This document shows positions 39,991-49,766 of a stretch of 64,000 bases of DNA, in pieces. Position numbers and translations under genes: made by a program. Position 1 is the stretch's first letter. The number at the start of each line of letters is the position of its first letter. The notes below the pieces were generated by a model. The model did no database searches. It was not told the DNA's origin and saw only the letters and a list, made by a program, of their open reading frames with translations. Location of the stretch: positions 960,001 to 1,024,000 of the forward strand of contig CBDDFZ010000002.1 in assembly GCA_965227515.1 (NCBI GenBank), given 5' to 3'. This stretch comes from Alphaproteobacteria bacterium (lineage in GTDB: Bacteria; Pseudomonadota; Alphaproteobacteria; CALKHQ01).

Positions 39991-41972
39991 GCCCCGGTTT
40001 GCCCCAGGTCGGTCGAGGCTGGGGTGGTCGCGGTCCCGGCCGGCAGCGGGGGCGCGGCGGTCGCGTGCTGGAACTCGGGCACCGTGCGCTTTAAGAGCGC
40101 AAGGGCGCCGGCATCGTCGTCGGCGGCCACCAGGCGTTCCAGATCGTCGATCGCGCGCGCCAGCAGGGCACGGTCGGCGGCGCGTGGGCGGGCGACGCGG
40201 ATGGCCGCATTCTCGGTCGGGTCAAGCGATTCCATTTCGTGAAACAAATCCTCGGCAAGCCGTTCGCCAGGCCTGAGCCCGGTGATCTTGATTTCGATGT
40301 CGTGATCGGGCCGCAGGCCGGCCAGTTGGGCCATCCGCCGCGCCAGGTCCAGAATGCGGATCGGCTCGCCCATGTCCAGGACCATGATCCGCCCGGCCGG
40401 CGCATCGTCGCTGGCGGTGCCAAGGACGGACGCCTGCAACACCAGTTCCACCGCCTCGCGCACGGTCATGAAATAGCGCACCGCGTCCGGATGGGTCACG
40501 GTCAGCGGGCCGCCCGCGGCAAGCTGCTTCTGGAACAGCGGGACCACCGATCCGCTGGAGCCGAGCACGTTGCCGAACCTGACTGTGACGAAGCGTGGCG
40601 CGCGTTTCGCGCCCTCCGCCGCCGCGCCGGCGATATCCAGCGCCTGGCAATAGGCCTCGGCCAGCCGCTTGGTCGCGCCCATCACGCTGACCGGGTTCAC
40701 CGCCTTGTCGGTGGAGATCTGCACCATCGCGGCGACCCGGTGCTCAATGCACAGCTCGGCGACATTGCGCCCGCCGACGACATTGGTGGCCGCGCCCTGG
40801 GTCGGGTTCGCCTCCACCAGCGGCACGTGCTTCAGGGCGGCGGCGTGGAACACGATCTGCGGTGTATGCGCCTTGAACACGTGGTCCAGGCGGACCCGGT
40901 CGCGCACGTCGGCCAGCAGGGCGTGACGCGGCAGTCCGGGATGCAGGTCGCCGATCTGGCGGTCGATCTCGTAGAGATTGAACTCGGCATTGTCGACCAG
41001 GGTCAGCGATGCCGGGCCCAGTGCCGCGATCTGGCGGGTCAGTTCCGAGCCGATGGTGCCGCCGGCCCCCGTCACCAGCACCTGCCGGCCGGCGATCATG
41101 GCGCGCATGGCATCGCGGTCCAGCACCGCCTGCGGGCGGCCGAGCAGGTCCTCGATATCGACCGGCCGAAGCTGGATGGGGCTGTCGCCGCCGCGCTGGA
41201 ACTCGGTCAGTTCCGGCAGCCGAGCCAGTGTCATGCCATGGGCCTCGGCCAGGTCCAGCAGCTCGTTCATGATCGGGGCGGCCAGCCGCCGCTTGGTCAC
41301 GATCATGCGCTGCGGCTTCAGCCCGCGGGCCTGCAGCCGTTCGACCACCGAGGGCAGGGCGCTCAGGTCGCCCATCACCCGAATGTTGCGGATTTGCCGC
41401 CCGGTGCGGTTGCCCTTCTCGTCGATGATGCCGACGACCGTGTAGCCGGCGTTGCGGCGGCGCGAGAGATCGCGAATGAAGGTCTCGGTATCGTCGCCGG
41501 CACCCACCAGCAGCACCGGCGTCGGGCCCAGCGTGGTGCGCCGCCGCTCCAGCACGTGGCCGGCGTGCCGGTCCTTGAACAGGCGATAGAGCACGCGCGG
41601 GCCGGCCAGCAGCGCCAGCAGCACGAACCAGTTGATCAGCAGGGTTGAGCGCGGGATCGCGTCGAGCCGGTTGATCAGGAACATCACCGGCAGGAACAGC
41701 AGCAGGATCAGCGTGCCCGCCCGCGCGATGTTGATCATGTCGTCCAGCGACGCGTAGCGCCAAATGCCGCGATAGAGGCCGGAGAACCACAGCACCGGCG
41801 CGGCGACCAGCAGCAGCAGGCCGCCCGCGATCCAGAACGCCGTCCAGTCCCAAACAAACAGGCTGTTGCCGAGCCGCAGGTAGAGCGCCGCGACGAACGA
41901 GATGCCCACCATGACCATGTCGTGGGCAAAGGCCACGCTGGCGCGCTTGATGAGGCGGAGTGAGATGTTCAA
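39987..41972 (-). CDS. Membrane-bound nucleotide-sugar 4,6-dehydratase (CapD/WbpM/PglF family)
   Basis: Four N-terminal TM helices; TGAGGTIGSEL, HAAALKHVP, ISTDKAV, VRFGNVLGSSGSV, GLRPGE; TTG start. Confidence 0.92.
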   Translation of the reverse strand: MNISLRLIKRASVAFAHDMVMVGISFVAALYLRLGNSLFVWDWTAFWIAGGLLLLVAAPVLWFSGLYRGIWRYASLDDMINIARAGTLILLLFLPVMFLINRLDAIPRSTLLINWFVLLALLAGPRVLYRLFKDRHAGHVLERRRTTLGPTPVLLVGAGDDTETFIRDLSRRRNAGYTVVGIIDEKGNRTGRQIRNIRVMGDLSALPSVVERLQARGLKPQRMIVTKRRLAAPIMNELLDLAEAHGMTLARLPELTEFQRGGDSPIQLRPVDIEDLLGRPQAVLDRDAMRAMIAGRQVLVTGAGGTIGSELTRQIAALGPASLTLVDNAEFNLYEIDRQIGDLHPGLPRHALLADVRDRVRLDHVFKAHTPQIVFHAAALKHVPLVEANPTQGAATNVVGGRNVAELCIEHRVAAMVQISTDKAVNPVSVMGATKRLAEAYCQALDIAGAAAEGAKRAPRFVTVRFGNVLGSSGSVVPLFQKQLAAGGPLTVTHPDAVRYFMTVREAVELVLQASVLGTASDDAPAGRIMVLDMGEPIRILDLARRMAQLAGLRPDHDIEIKITGLRPGERLAEDLFHEMESLDPTENAAIRVARPRAADRALLARAIDDLERLVAADDDAGALALLKRTVPEFQHATAAPPLPAGTATTPASTDLGQTGA

Positions 41973-42034
41973 GCCGTCACGATCCCGATTTGATGCGGCG
42001 CGTGCACACTAGCACAGCCGGTCGCGCCGTGTCA

Positions 42035-42086
42035 GCGCGCCCCGGGGATGCGCGCCCCGGGGATGTGCGCCCCGGGGATGTGCGCC
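42035..42086. repeat. 15-bp tandem repeat, 3.5 copies
   Basis: GYGCGCCCCGGGGAT at 42035, 42050 and 42065 plus a partial copy at 42080. Confidence 0.85.
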
Positions 42087-42176
42087 AGCAATATCCGCCG
42101 TCGACGCGCACGGCGCCAGTGCGGTTTAATGCCCGGCGGGGGGCTGCACAACAAGAGCGCAAGGGCGGGAGACATC

Positions 42177-42596
42177 ATGCAGGAATTCATCCAGAAGGCG
42201 GCTGCACAACTGGGTGTGGACGGCACAACGGTCAGTTCGGCGATTGGCACCATCCTGGACCTGATCAAGGAGCACATGCCCGGCACCGATTTCCAGGCCC
42301 TGCTGGCGAAAATACCGGGCGCCGGCGCGCTGCTTGGCCAGGCCGGCGGTGCCGACGAGGGCGGCTCGGGCGGCGGCCTGCTGGGCGGCATCGGCGACGG
42401 TCTGGGCGGCCTGATGGGCGGCAGCGGCGGCTCGGCACTCGGCTCGCTTGCCAAGCTGCAGGAGACCGGCCTGGACACCGGCCAGATCGGCTCCCTGCTC
42501 GGTATGTTCAAGGACCACGCCTCGGAACAGGCCGGCAGCGACCTGGCGGATAAGGCATTCGGCAGCGTGCCCGGCCTCGGCAACCTGTTGCGCTGA
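42177..42596 (+). CDS. Gly-rich small hypothetical protein (DUF2780/DUF2267-like)
   Basis: GGGAG RBS; MQEFIQKAAAQLGVD...IPGAGALL..GGLLGG; ends VPGLGNLL. Confidence 0.7.
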   Translation: MQEFIQKAAAQLGVDGTTVSSAIGTILDLIKEHMPGTDFQALLAKIPGAGALLGQAGGADEGGSGGGLLGGIGDGLGGLMGGSGGSALGSLAKLQETGLDTGQIGSLLGMFKDHASEQAGSDLADKAFGSVPGLGNLLR

Positions 42597-42717
42597 TCGG
42601 CGGGCGGCCTGAGCGACGGGTATTTCGTCTGACGATGCCAGTGCCGGCAGTTCTTGCGCCGGGACTGCCGGCACCCTACCGTCGGCGCGACCGACGATCA
42701 CCATCCAGGACGGCAAA

Positions 42718-43710
42718 ATGGCGCTCAGCCCCAACTTCGCAACCCGCCTCAACTCGTTCAAGGCCGCAGTCGGCGACGGCGGGCGGTCGAGCGCGCTCGA
42801 CCTCGTGCGGTGCGCCGGCGAGGTCGGCGGGCTGACCTCGGTCGACCTGAACTATCCCGACCAGGTGACTGGCGCGTCGATGGCCGACCTGCGCAACTGC
42901 GTCGCCGATGCGGGGCTCAGCGTCAACGGCCTCGCCATGCGCTACTACGGCGATGCCGACTACAAGGGCGGCGCGCTGGGCAACGCCGATCCGGCCATCC
43001 GCCGCAAGGCGGTGGACCTGACGCGGGCCGGCGTCGATGCCACCGTGGCCGCCGGTGCGGACATGCTGACGGTGTGGCTGGGCGAGGACGGCTTCGACTA
43101 CCCGTTCCAGGTCGACTATGCCGACATGTGGAAGCGGGTCGCCGACGGGCTGAGGGAGGTCGCCGCGCACAATCCGGATGTGCGCATCTCCATCGAGTAC
43201 AAACCGGACGAGCCGCGCGCCCGCGCGCTACTGGGCGATATCGGCACCACGCTGTTGATGATCAACGAGATCGGTCTCGACAATGTCGGCGTGTGCCTGG
43301 ACTTCGCCCACGTCCTCTATGCCGGCGAGCAACCGGCCTTTGCCGCCGCGATGGCCGCCCACCACGCCAAGCTCTACGGCCTGCACCTGAACGACGCCTA
43401 TGGCGCCCGCGACGACGGCATGATGGTGGCCAGCGTCCACGCGCTGCAGACCCTGGAGCTGCTCTACACCATGGACCGGGTGAATTACGACGGTGCCATC
43501 TACTTCGATACCTTCCCGGAGGCGGCGGGCCTGGACCCGGTGGAGGAGTGCCGCACCAACATCATGGTCACCAAGCGCCTGCTGGAGCTGGTGGAAACCC
43601 TGCGCGGGCGCAACGACCTGGCCGAGGCACTGGCGCAGCAGGATGCGGTCGCCGGCCAGCGCATCGCCCAGAGCGTGCTGATGGGCATCTCACCCGCGGG
43701 CGACGATTAG
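42718..43710 (+). CDS. Xylose-isomerase-like TIM-barrel sugar isomerase
   Basis: DLNYP, WLGEDGFDYPFQ, IEYKPDEPR, LDFAH, HLND, YFDTFP metal ligands. Confidence 0.85.
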   Translation: MALSPNFATRLNSFKAAVGDGGRSSALDLVRCAGEVGGLTSVDLNYPDQVTGASMADLRNCVADAGLSVNGLAMRYYGDADYKGGALGNADPAIRRKAVDLTRAGVDATVAAGADMLTVWLGEDGFDYPFQVDYADMWKRVADGLREVAAHNPDVRISIEYKPDEPRARALLGDIGTTLLMINEIGLDNVGVCLDFAHVLYAGEQPAFAAAMAAHHAKLYGLHLNDAYGARDDGMMVASVHALQTLELLYTMDRVNYDGAIYFDTFPEAAGLDPVEECRTNIMVTKRLLELVETLRGRNDLAEALAQQDAVAGQRIAQSVLMGISPAGDD

Positions 43711-43722
43711 GCGGCCGGGTCG

Positions 43723-44664
43723 ATGGGGCGCGCACCGCACATTGCCGTTCTCGGCAGCCTGCATATGGACATCGTCGTCACGGCGGAGCGCCTGCCGCAG
43801 CTTGGCGAGACGCTGCCCGGCGAAACCTGGCGACGCGTCTGCGGCGGCAAGGGCCTCAACCAGGCGGTGCATGCGGCACGCCACGGCGCGAACGTGCGCA
43901 TGATCGGCTGCGTCGGTTCGGACGACTTCGCCGACCAGCTTCTGGCCTATCTGGATGACCACGGTATCGATCGCGGCGCGGTGCGCACCACCGACGAGGC
44001 CGGGTCGGGCATGAGCGTCGCCACCATCCAGGAGGACGGCGACTATGCCGCCGTCATCGTGTCCGGCGCCAATCTCTGCCTGGGCGATCAGGACGTGGCG
44101 GCGGTGTCGGCGGCGCCGCTGGACGTGCTGCTGCTGCAATACGAGGTCGCGCCGCATGTGCTGGCGCCGGCCGCCCGCGCGGCAAAGGCCGCCGGGGCGC
44201 GGGTGATCCTGAACGCGGCACCCGCCGCGCCGGCACCGGAGGGCCTGCTGGAGCACGTCGACGTGCTGGTGGCGAACGAGTTCGAGACCAGCATGCTGAC
44301 CGACATCGGCACCGTCGATGCCCATGGCGCGCACAAGGCGTTGTCCAGCCTGATCGAGCAGGTGCCGAACGTCATTCAGACGCTGGGGCCGCAGGGGCTG
44401 ATCCTGGCCGGGCCGGACTGTCCGAGGTGCCTGCTACCGGGCTTCGCGGTGGAGGTGGTCGACACCCACGGAGCCGGTGACGCGCTGATCGGTGCGCTGG
44501 CCTGCCGGCTGGCCGAGGGCGACGACCTGTTGTCGGCGGCCAAGTACGGCAACGCCGCCGCCGCCTTGATGGTGGCGACCGACGGCGCCGACCCCAACGC
44601 GATCACGCGCGCGGATGTCCTGGCCAGATTGCAGGACGGCCCAGAGGCGGAGCCATATGAATGA
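43723..44664 (+). CDS. Ribokinase / PfkB family sugar kinase
   Basis: GSLHMD, GGKGLNQA, LLQYE, NAAP, NEFE, DTHGAGD. Confidence 0.9.
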   Translation: MGRAPHIAVLGSLHMDIVVTAERLPQLGETLPGETWRRVCGGKGLNQAVHAARHGANVRMIGCVGSDDFADQLLAYLDDHGIDRGAVRTTDEAGSGMSVATIQEDGDYAAVIVSGANLCLGDQDVAAVSAAPLDVLLLQYEVAPHVLAPAARAAKAAGARVILNAAPAAPAPEGLLEHVDVLVANEFETSMLTDIGTVDAHGAHKALSSLIEQVPNVIQTLGPQGLILAGPDCPRCLLPGFAVEVVDTHGAGDALIGALACRLAEGDDLLSAAKYGNAAAALMVATDGADPNAITRADVLARLQDGPEAEPYE

Positions 44665-45872
44665 CCGATTGGTCCGACCCGGTGGCCCATTGGGGCTTGC
44701 AGCCCGTGATCAACGTGTCCGGCACCATGACCACCATCGGCGCCGCATCGGTGCGGCCTGAGGTGATCCAGGCGGTCGGCGCCGTATTGCCGCGCTACCT
44801 TGCCATCGAGGCGCTGCAGGCCAAGGCGTGCGGGGTGATCGCCCGGGCGACCGGGGCCGAGGCCGGGTGCGTCGCCCACTGCACCGCTGCCGGCATCACG
44901 CTGTCGGTCGCCGCCGCGCTGACCGGGTCCGACCTGGCGGCGATCGAGGCGCTGCCCGACTGCGGCGGGCGCGAGCGGCGGGTGGCGATCCAGATGGGTC
45001 ACATGGTCAGCTACGGCGCGCCGGTCCACCAGGCGATCGCGCTGGCGGGCGCGGAAGTGGTGCCGCTGGGCACGGCGGCGATGTGCGAGCTCTATCACCT
45101 TGAGGCGGCGCTCAAGGCGGGCTGCGCCGCCGCTGTCTATGTCGTTTCCCACCACACGGTGCGCGAGGGCGAGCTGCCGCTGGACCTGTTCGTCGAGGCA
45201 TGTGCCGCCCACGGCGTGCCGGTCATCGTCGACGTGGCCGCCGAGTACGACCTGGCCGGTCCGGCCGCTTTGGGCGCCGATCTCGCGATCTATTCCGGCC
45301 ACAAGTTCCTGCGCGGCATCACCAGCGCGGTGGTTGCCGGCAAGCTGGAGATGGTGCGTGCGGTGCACCTGCAGCATCGCGGCATCGGACGGACGATGAA
45401 GGTGCCGAAGGAGGCTATCGTCGGCCTGATGACGGCGCTTGAGCTTTGGGCCGACCGTGACGCCGAGGCGGATCGGCAGGCGCAGAAGGCGGTGCTGGCG
45501 GTCTGGCGCGAGCGGCTGGATGGCTTGCCCGGCATTCGTCTGAGCGACCACGGCGATTGGACCGGCAATCCGGTGACGCGGCTGGAGGTGCATGTCGACG
45601 GCCCGGCCGCTGGCCTGCACGGCTGGGAACTGGCCGACCGCCTGGCCGCGCGCACGCCGCCGATCATCGTGCGCGACGATCTGGTCGAGCACGGGCTGCT
45701 CTACCTGGACCCGTGCCAGGTGAACGTAGAAGAGGCTGCCGCGGTCGGCGAGGCCATCGTCGCGGAACTGGAGGCCGCGCGTGGCCGTGGCGACGGATGC
45801 GCGGTTTCGTGGAGCGACGTCAAGCGCGCCCGCGCCACCGATCCGCTGCGCTGGCCCGAAGGTGCGGCATAG
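44661..45872 (+). CDS. SelA-like PLP-dependent enzyme (DgaE-like ammonia-lyase family)
   Basis: VINVSGTMTTIGAA, AAGIT, VDVAAEYD, YSGHKFLRG, GIGRTMKV.KE; ATGA overlap with the kinase. Confidence 0.85.
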   Translation: MTDWSDPVAHWGLQPVINVSGTMTTIGAASVRPEVIQAVGAVLPRYLAIEALQAKACGVIARATGAEAGCVAHCTAAGITLSVAAALTGSDLAAIEALPDCGGRERRVAIQMGHMVSYGAPVHQAIALAGAEVVPLGTAAMCELYHLEAALKAGCAAAVYVVSHHTVREGELPLDLFVEACAAHGVPVIVDVAAEYDLAGPAALGADLAIYSGHKFLRGITSAVVAGKLEMVRAVHLQHRGIGRTMKVPKEAIVGLMTALELWADRDAEADRQAQKAVLAVWRERLDGLPGIRLSDHGDWTGNPVTRLEVHVDGPAAGLHGWELADRLAARTPPIIVRDDLVEHGLLYLDPCQVNVEEAAAVGEAIVAELEAARGRGDGCAVSWSDVKRARATDPLRWPEGAA

Positions 45873-46050
45873 CTGGTTTACACCAGTTTCCGATGGCATC
45901 GCCCTGCGCGGCGTGGCATTTTCGCCCCATTCCTCGCCAAGACTTGTTCAAAGCGCACCGCCGTTCCCATTTTCTTGGGGACCTCATGCCATGAAGGCCC
46001 GAAATGCCAATGCGGCCGATGCCAGTTAGGCCAATGAAGGAGTCGCCTGA

Positions 46051-47409
46051 ATGAATGTCGTTATGATCGGCGCCGGCTATGTCGGCCTGGTGTCCGCCGC
46101 CTGTTTCGCCGAGTTCGGCTTTTCCGTCACCTGCGTCGACGTGATGGCCGACAAGATCGCCCAGCTCAAGCAGGGCAAGGTGCCGATCTACGAGCCGGGG
46201 CTGGACGACCTGATCGTCAAGAACCAGGAGGCCGGGCGGCTGGGCTTCACCACCGATCTCGCATCCGCCGTCGCGCGCGCCGACGTGGTGTTCATCGCGG
46301 TCGGCACCCCGCGCCGCAACGACGGCCACGCCGATCTGCGCTATGTGGAGGAGGCGGCGCGCCAGATTGCCGACGCGCTGGACGGCTATACGGTGGTGGT
46401 CAACAAGTCGACCGTGCCGGTCGGCACCGGCCGCCTGGTCGCCGACATCATTCGCGGCCAGCGCGCGGACGCACGTTTCGATGTGGTCTCCAACCCCGAG
46501 TTCCTGCGCGAAGGCTCCGCCATCGAGGACTTCATGCGCCCGGACCGGGTGGTGATCGGCAGCGAGAGCGAGCGCGCGCGCGACGTGATGCGCCGGCTCT
46601 ATCGCGTGCTCTACCTGATCGAGACGCCGATCGTTGAGACCAACCTGGAAACCGCTGAGCTGGCGAAATACGCCACCAACGCGTTCCTGGCCACCAAGGT
46701 CACCTTCATCAACGAAATGTCGGACCTGTGCGACGCCGTCGGCGCCGACGTGCAGGAGATCGCCAAGGCGATGGGCCTGGACAAGCGCATCGGGCCGAAA
46801 TTCCTGCACGCCGGCCCGGGCTACGGCGGCTCGTGCTTCCCCAAGGACACGCGCGCGCTTGCCTCCATCGCCGTCGACCAGGGCGCGCCGACCCAGATCG
46901 TCGAGGCGGTGGTGCGGGCCAACGACAGCCGCAAGGCCGGTCTGGCCGCGCGGGTGACGGCGGCCGCCGGGGGCTCCATCGAGGGGGCCGTGGTCGCCGT
47001 GCTGGGCCTGGCGTTCAAGCCCAACACCGACGACATGCGCGAGGCGCCGGCCATCGACCTGATCGCGGGCCTGACGCGCGCGGGGGCGACGGTGCGGGCC
47101 TATGATCCCGAGGCGATGGTGCAGGCGCGCGAGCTGATCGACGGCGCCGAATGGTGCGACGACGCGGCCGCGGCCTATACCGGCGCCGACATCCTGGTGG
47201 TGGCGACGGAGTGGAACGAGTTCCGTGCCATCAGCCCCGAAGCGTTGCGCGGTGCCATGCGCGGCGACCTGGTCGTCGACCTGCGCAACATCTTCGACCC
47301 GGCAGCGCTCGAGCCGTACAACTTCCGCTACTATGGCGTCGGGCGCGGGCGGACCAATACGGTTTCCCTCAGCGCGCCCGCCAAGCCGGACCTCGTTGCC
47401 GCCAAGTGA
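46051..47409 (+). CDS. ugd: UDP-glucose 6-dehydrogenase
   Basis: GAGYVGL, IAVGTP, KSTVPVG, SNPEFLREG, GYGGSCFPKD, FKPNTDDMRE; AAGGAG RBS. Confidence 0.95.
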   Translation: MNVVMIGAGYVGLVSAACFAEFGFSVTCVDVMADKIAQLKQGKVPIYEPGLDDLIVKNQEAGRLGFTTDLASAVARADVVFIAVGTPRRNDGHADLRYVEEAARQIADALDGYTVVVNKSTVPVGTGRLVADIIRGQRADARFDVVSNPEFLREGSAIEDFMRPDRVVIGSESERARDVMRRLYRVLYLIETPIVETNLETAELAKYATNAFLATKVTFINEMSDLCDAVGADVQEIAKAMGLDKRIGPKFLHAGPGYGGSCFPKDTRALASIAVDQGAPTQIVEAVVRANDSRKAGLAARVTAAAGGSIEGAVVAVLGLAFKPNTDDMREAPAIDLIAGLTRAGATVRAYDPEAMVQARELIDGAEWCDDAAAAYTGADILVVATEWNEFRAISPEALRGAMRGDLVVDLRNIFDPAALEPYNFRYYGVGRGRTNTVSLSAPAKPDLVAAK

Positions 47410-47413
47410 GGTA

Positions 47414-47872
47414 TTACTCCGGCGCGATGTGCTCGTAGACCGGGCCGATCTCGCCGTCGCTCAGGGTCAGCACGTCGTAGGGTTCCGGGTTGGGCCCCTC
47501 CATGCCGGGTGAGCCGATCGGCATGCCCGGCACCGCGATACCGTCGATGGCCGGGCGCTCTTCCAGCAACCGCTGGACAACGTGCATCGGCACGTGCCCC
47601 TCGACCACATAGTCACCGATCATCGCGGTGTGGCACGACTGCGCCTGCCCCGGCACGCCGGCCAGCATCTTCATCGGCTGCAAGTCGTCGAGTTCCACCA
47701 CCCGCACGTCCACGCCGCCGGCGCGCACGTGGTCGACCCACGCCGTGCAGCACCCGCACCAGGGTGTCTTGTAGACCGTCATCTCGACTTCGGCGTCGGC
47801 GATGGCCGGGGCCGCCGCCAACAGCGTGGTCGAAAGCGCCGCGCCGCCGATGATGCGTTTGATAGTGGACAT
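47414..47872 (-). CDS. DUF411 / CopG-like periplasmic metal-binding protein
   Basis: YKTPWCGCCTAW, SCHTA, EGHVP, GIAVPGMPIGSPGME; signal peptide. Confidence 0.9.
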   Translation of the reverse strand: MSTIKRIIGGAALSTTLLAAAPAIADAEVEMTVYKTPWCGCCTAWVDHVRAGGVDVRVVELDDLQPMKMLAGVPGQAQSCHTAMIGDYVVEGHVPMHVVQRLLEERPAIDGIAVPGMPIGSPGMEGPNPEPYDVLTLSDGEIGPVYEHIAPE

Positions 47873-47913
47873 GGTGTTTCCGTCCTTTCTGCTGATAGCC
47901 ATGCGCCCGCCAA

Positions 47914-48384
47914 CTATGGCGTGCGCTGAGCCTGTAGTTCGCGGTTGCGCGCGGACCAGTGCGACTTGATGAACGCCAGCACGTTCCAGATGTCCTGGTC
48001 GCTCAGGACATCGCCGAAGCCCGGCATGCCGCTGACGACGCCGTCCAGGCCCATCCGCGCGGCAGCCTCCTCGCCGCCGAACTTGGTGTAGTCGAACAGC
48101 ATGCTGTCGGGGTGATGCCAAGTGTGGCCGCTGTCGTCATGCGGCGGGGCGGGCAGCACGCCGTCGGGCCCTGGCGTCTGCCAGTCCGGTTGCCCCTCGA
48201 GGTCTGCACCGTGGCACGACGCGCATTGCGCGGCGTAGACGGCCTCACCTTGCGCCACGTCGACATCCTCGGGCATCCGTAAATTGGTTGCCGGCGCTTG
48301 CTCGGAGTCGACAAGGAACCATGTCACGGCGGCCGCGACCGCAAAGCCCACGACCGCGACGCCGGCAAGGGTTGCCCGGCTCAC
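47914..48384 (-). CDS. Monoheme cytochrome c (copper-cluster type)
   Basis: CASCHG, PAPPHDDSGHTWHHPD, MPGF; N-terminal TM; GTGA overlap with the oxidase stop. Confidence 0.88.
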   Translation of the reverse strand: MSRATLAGVAVVGFAVAAAVTWFLVDSEQAPATNLRMPEDVDVAQGEAVYAAQCASCHGADLEGQPDWQTPGPDGVLPAPPHDDSGHTWHHPDSMLFDYTKFGGEEAAARMGLDGVVSGMPGFGDVLSDQDIWNVLAFIKSHWSARNRELQAQRTP

Positions 48385-49766
48385 GCCGACACCTCGATCC
48401 AGGTCGTCATGCCGCTAACCGCATGTTCCAGCATATGACAGTGCAATAACCACTTCCCCGGGTTGTCCGCGACGAACGCGATGTCCACGGTCTCGCCGCG
48501 CTGCATCAAGATGGTATCGCGTAGCGGGCCGATGCTGCCATCCTCGCGAAGCTGCCGGAAGTGATGCCCATGCAGATGCATGCCGTGCGGGAAAGCCGTG
48601 TCGTTGACCATGGTCAGCCGCACGGTGGTGCCGCGGTCGGCGTGCAACAAAGGCTCGTCGCGGATGCCGGCATAGCCGTTGAACGCCCAGACCATCCCCA
48701 GGTCGACCATCTCGCGCATCGGTGTGTAGCGGCCGTCCATGACGGCGCCGGCCATCCCGCCCATGGCCCCGCCCGACATGCGTAGTTCAGCGCCCATCGC
48801 CGTGTCCGGGTCGTTGAGTGGCGGTATGGGGTTGGGCGTCAGCGCCGCCGGTGGCGGCAAGCGTTCCGCGCGCGACTGCCCGCTGATCGGGAATGTCGCG
48901 AGACGAAGTTCCTGGTCGCGCTCGATGGCGGTCAGCATGCCCGTGCTGCCGTCCGAGGCGGTGACGTCGACAATGAGGTCTATGCGTTGTGCCGGGGCCA
49001 ATATCATTCGGCCGGCTGCGACAGGAGCCTCCAATGGCTGGCCGTCCAATGCCACCACCCACCCGTCGAGGCCATCCAGGTCCAGGACGAAGATCCGCGC
49101 ATTGGCCGTGTTCACCAGACGCAGCCTCAGGCGGTCGTGTTGGCTGACGGCCGCGTGCCAGTCCCCGTGTCCGTTGACGGTCAGCCAATTGCCAAGCCGG
49201 CCGGCGTGCGACCAGTCCGACATCGCGCCGAAGCTCTCGTGGATCTGGGCATCCTCCGACAGCCGCCAATCGTCGATCAACAGAACCTCGTCGCGGTCGA
49301 CTGCGGGTGGGTCCGGTTCGTCAACGATCAGCGCGCCATTGAGCCCGCGCGCCATCTGCTCCCAGCTTCGAATGTGGGGGTGGTACCAGTATGTTCCGGC
49401 GTCGGGCGCTATGAAATCGTACGTGAAATCTGAGTCCGGCTGCACCGGATCCTGCGTCAGGTCGGGCACGCCATCCATGCCGTTGTCCAGCCTGATCCCG
49501 TGCCAGTGGATCGTGGAGGGCTGGGTCAACTGATTGACGAACCGGCGCTTGAGCCTTGCGCCCTGAGGCAGCCTGATGACCGGTCCCGGCACGATGCCAT
49601 CATAGCCCCAGATTTCCGTGCCCCTGGTATCGTTCGGCAGCATGAAGGCAGTGCCCGTTCGAGCACGGATGATCGGGACGTCCGCAAGTGCCGCGCGCGG
49701 CAGCAATGGGCCGCTCAGGCATGCTGCGGCTCCGGCGGCGAGTAACTGGCGACGCGTAAGAGTCAT
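48381..49766 (-). CDS. Tat-exported multicopper oxidase
   Basis: TRRQLL signal; HWHG, YWYHPH, HGMHLHGHHF, HCHMLEHAVSGM; Met-rich loop MSGGAMGGMAGAVM. Confidence 0.93.
   Translation of the reverse strand: MTLTRRQLLAAGAAACLSGPLLPRAALADVPIIRARTGTAFMLPNDTRGTEIWGYDGIVPGPVIRLPQGARLKRRFVNQLTQPSTIHWHGIRLDNGMDGVPDLTQDPVQPDSDFTYDFIAPDAGTYWYHPHIRSWEQMARGLNGALIVDEPDPPAVDRDEVLLIDDWRLSEDAQIHESFGAMSDWSHAGRLGNWLTVNGHGDWHAAVSQHDRLRLRLVNTANARIFVLDLDGLDGWVVALDGQPLEAPVAAGRMILAPAQRIDLIVDVTASDGSTGMLTAIERDQELRLATFPISGQSRAERLPPPAALTPNPIPPLNDPDTAMGAELRMSGGAMGGMAGAVMDGRYTPMREMVDLGMVWAFNGYAGIRDEPLLHADRGTTVRLTMVNDTAFPHGMHLHGHHFRQLREDGSIGPLRDTILMQRGETVDIAFVADNPGKWLLHCHMLEHAVSGMTTWIEVSA

Noticed and set aside
42035-42086. 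Possible mini-CRISPR in the tandem repeat, or in the REP clusters
   Set aside because: Repeats are contiguous or inverted, with no unique spacers of regular length and no cas genes
44661-45872. Selenocysteine synthase selA
   Set aside because: About 400 aa, lacking the N-terminal tRNA-binding domain; no selB, selC or selD nearby; sugar-catabolic context
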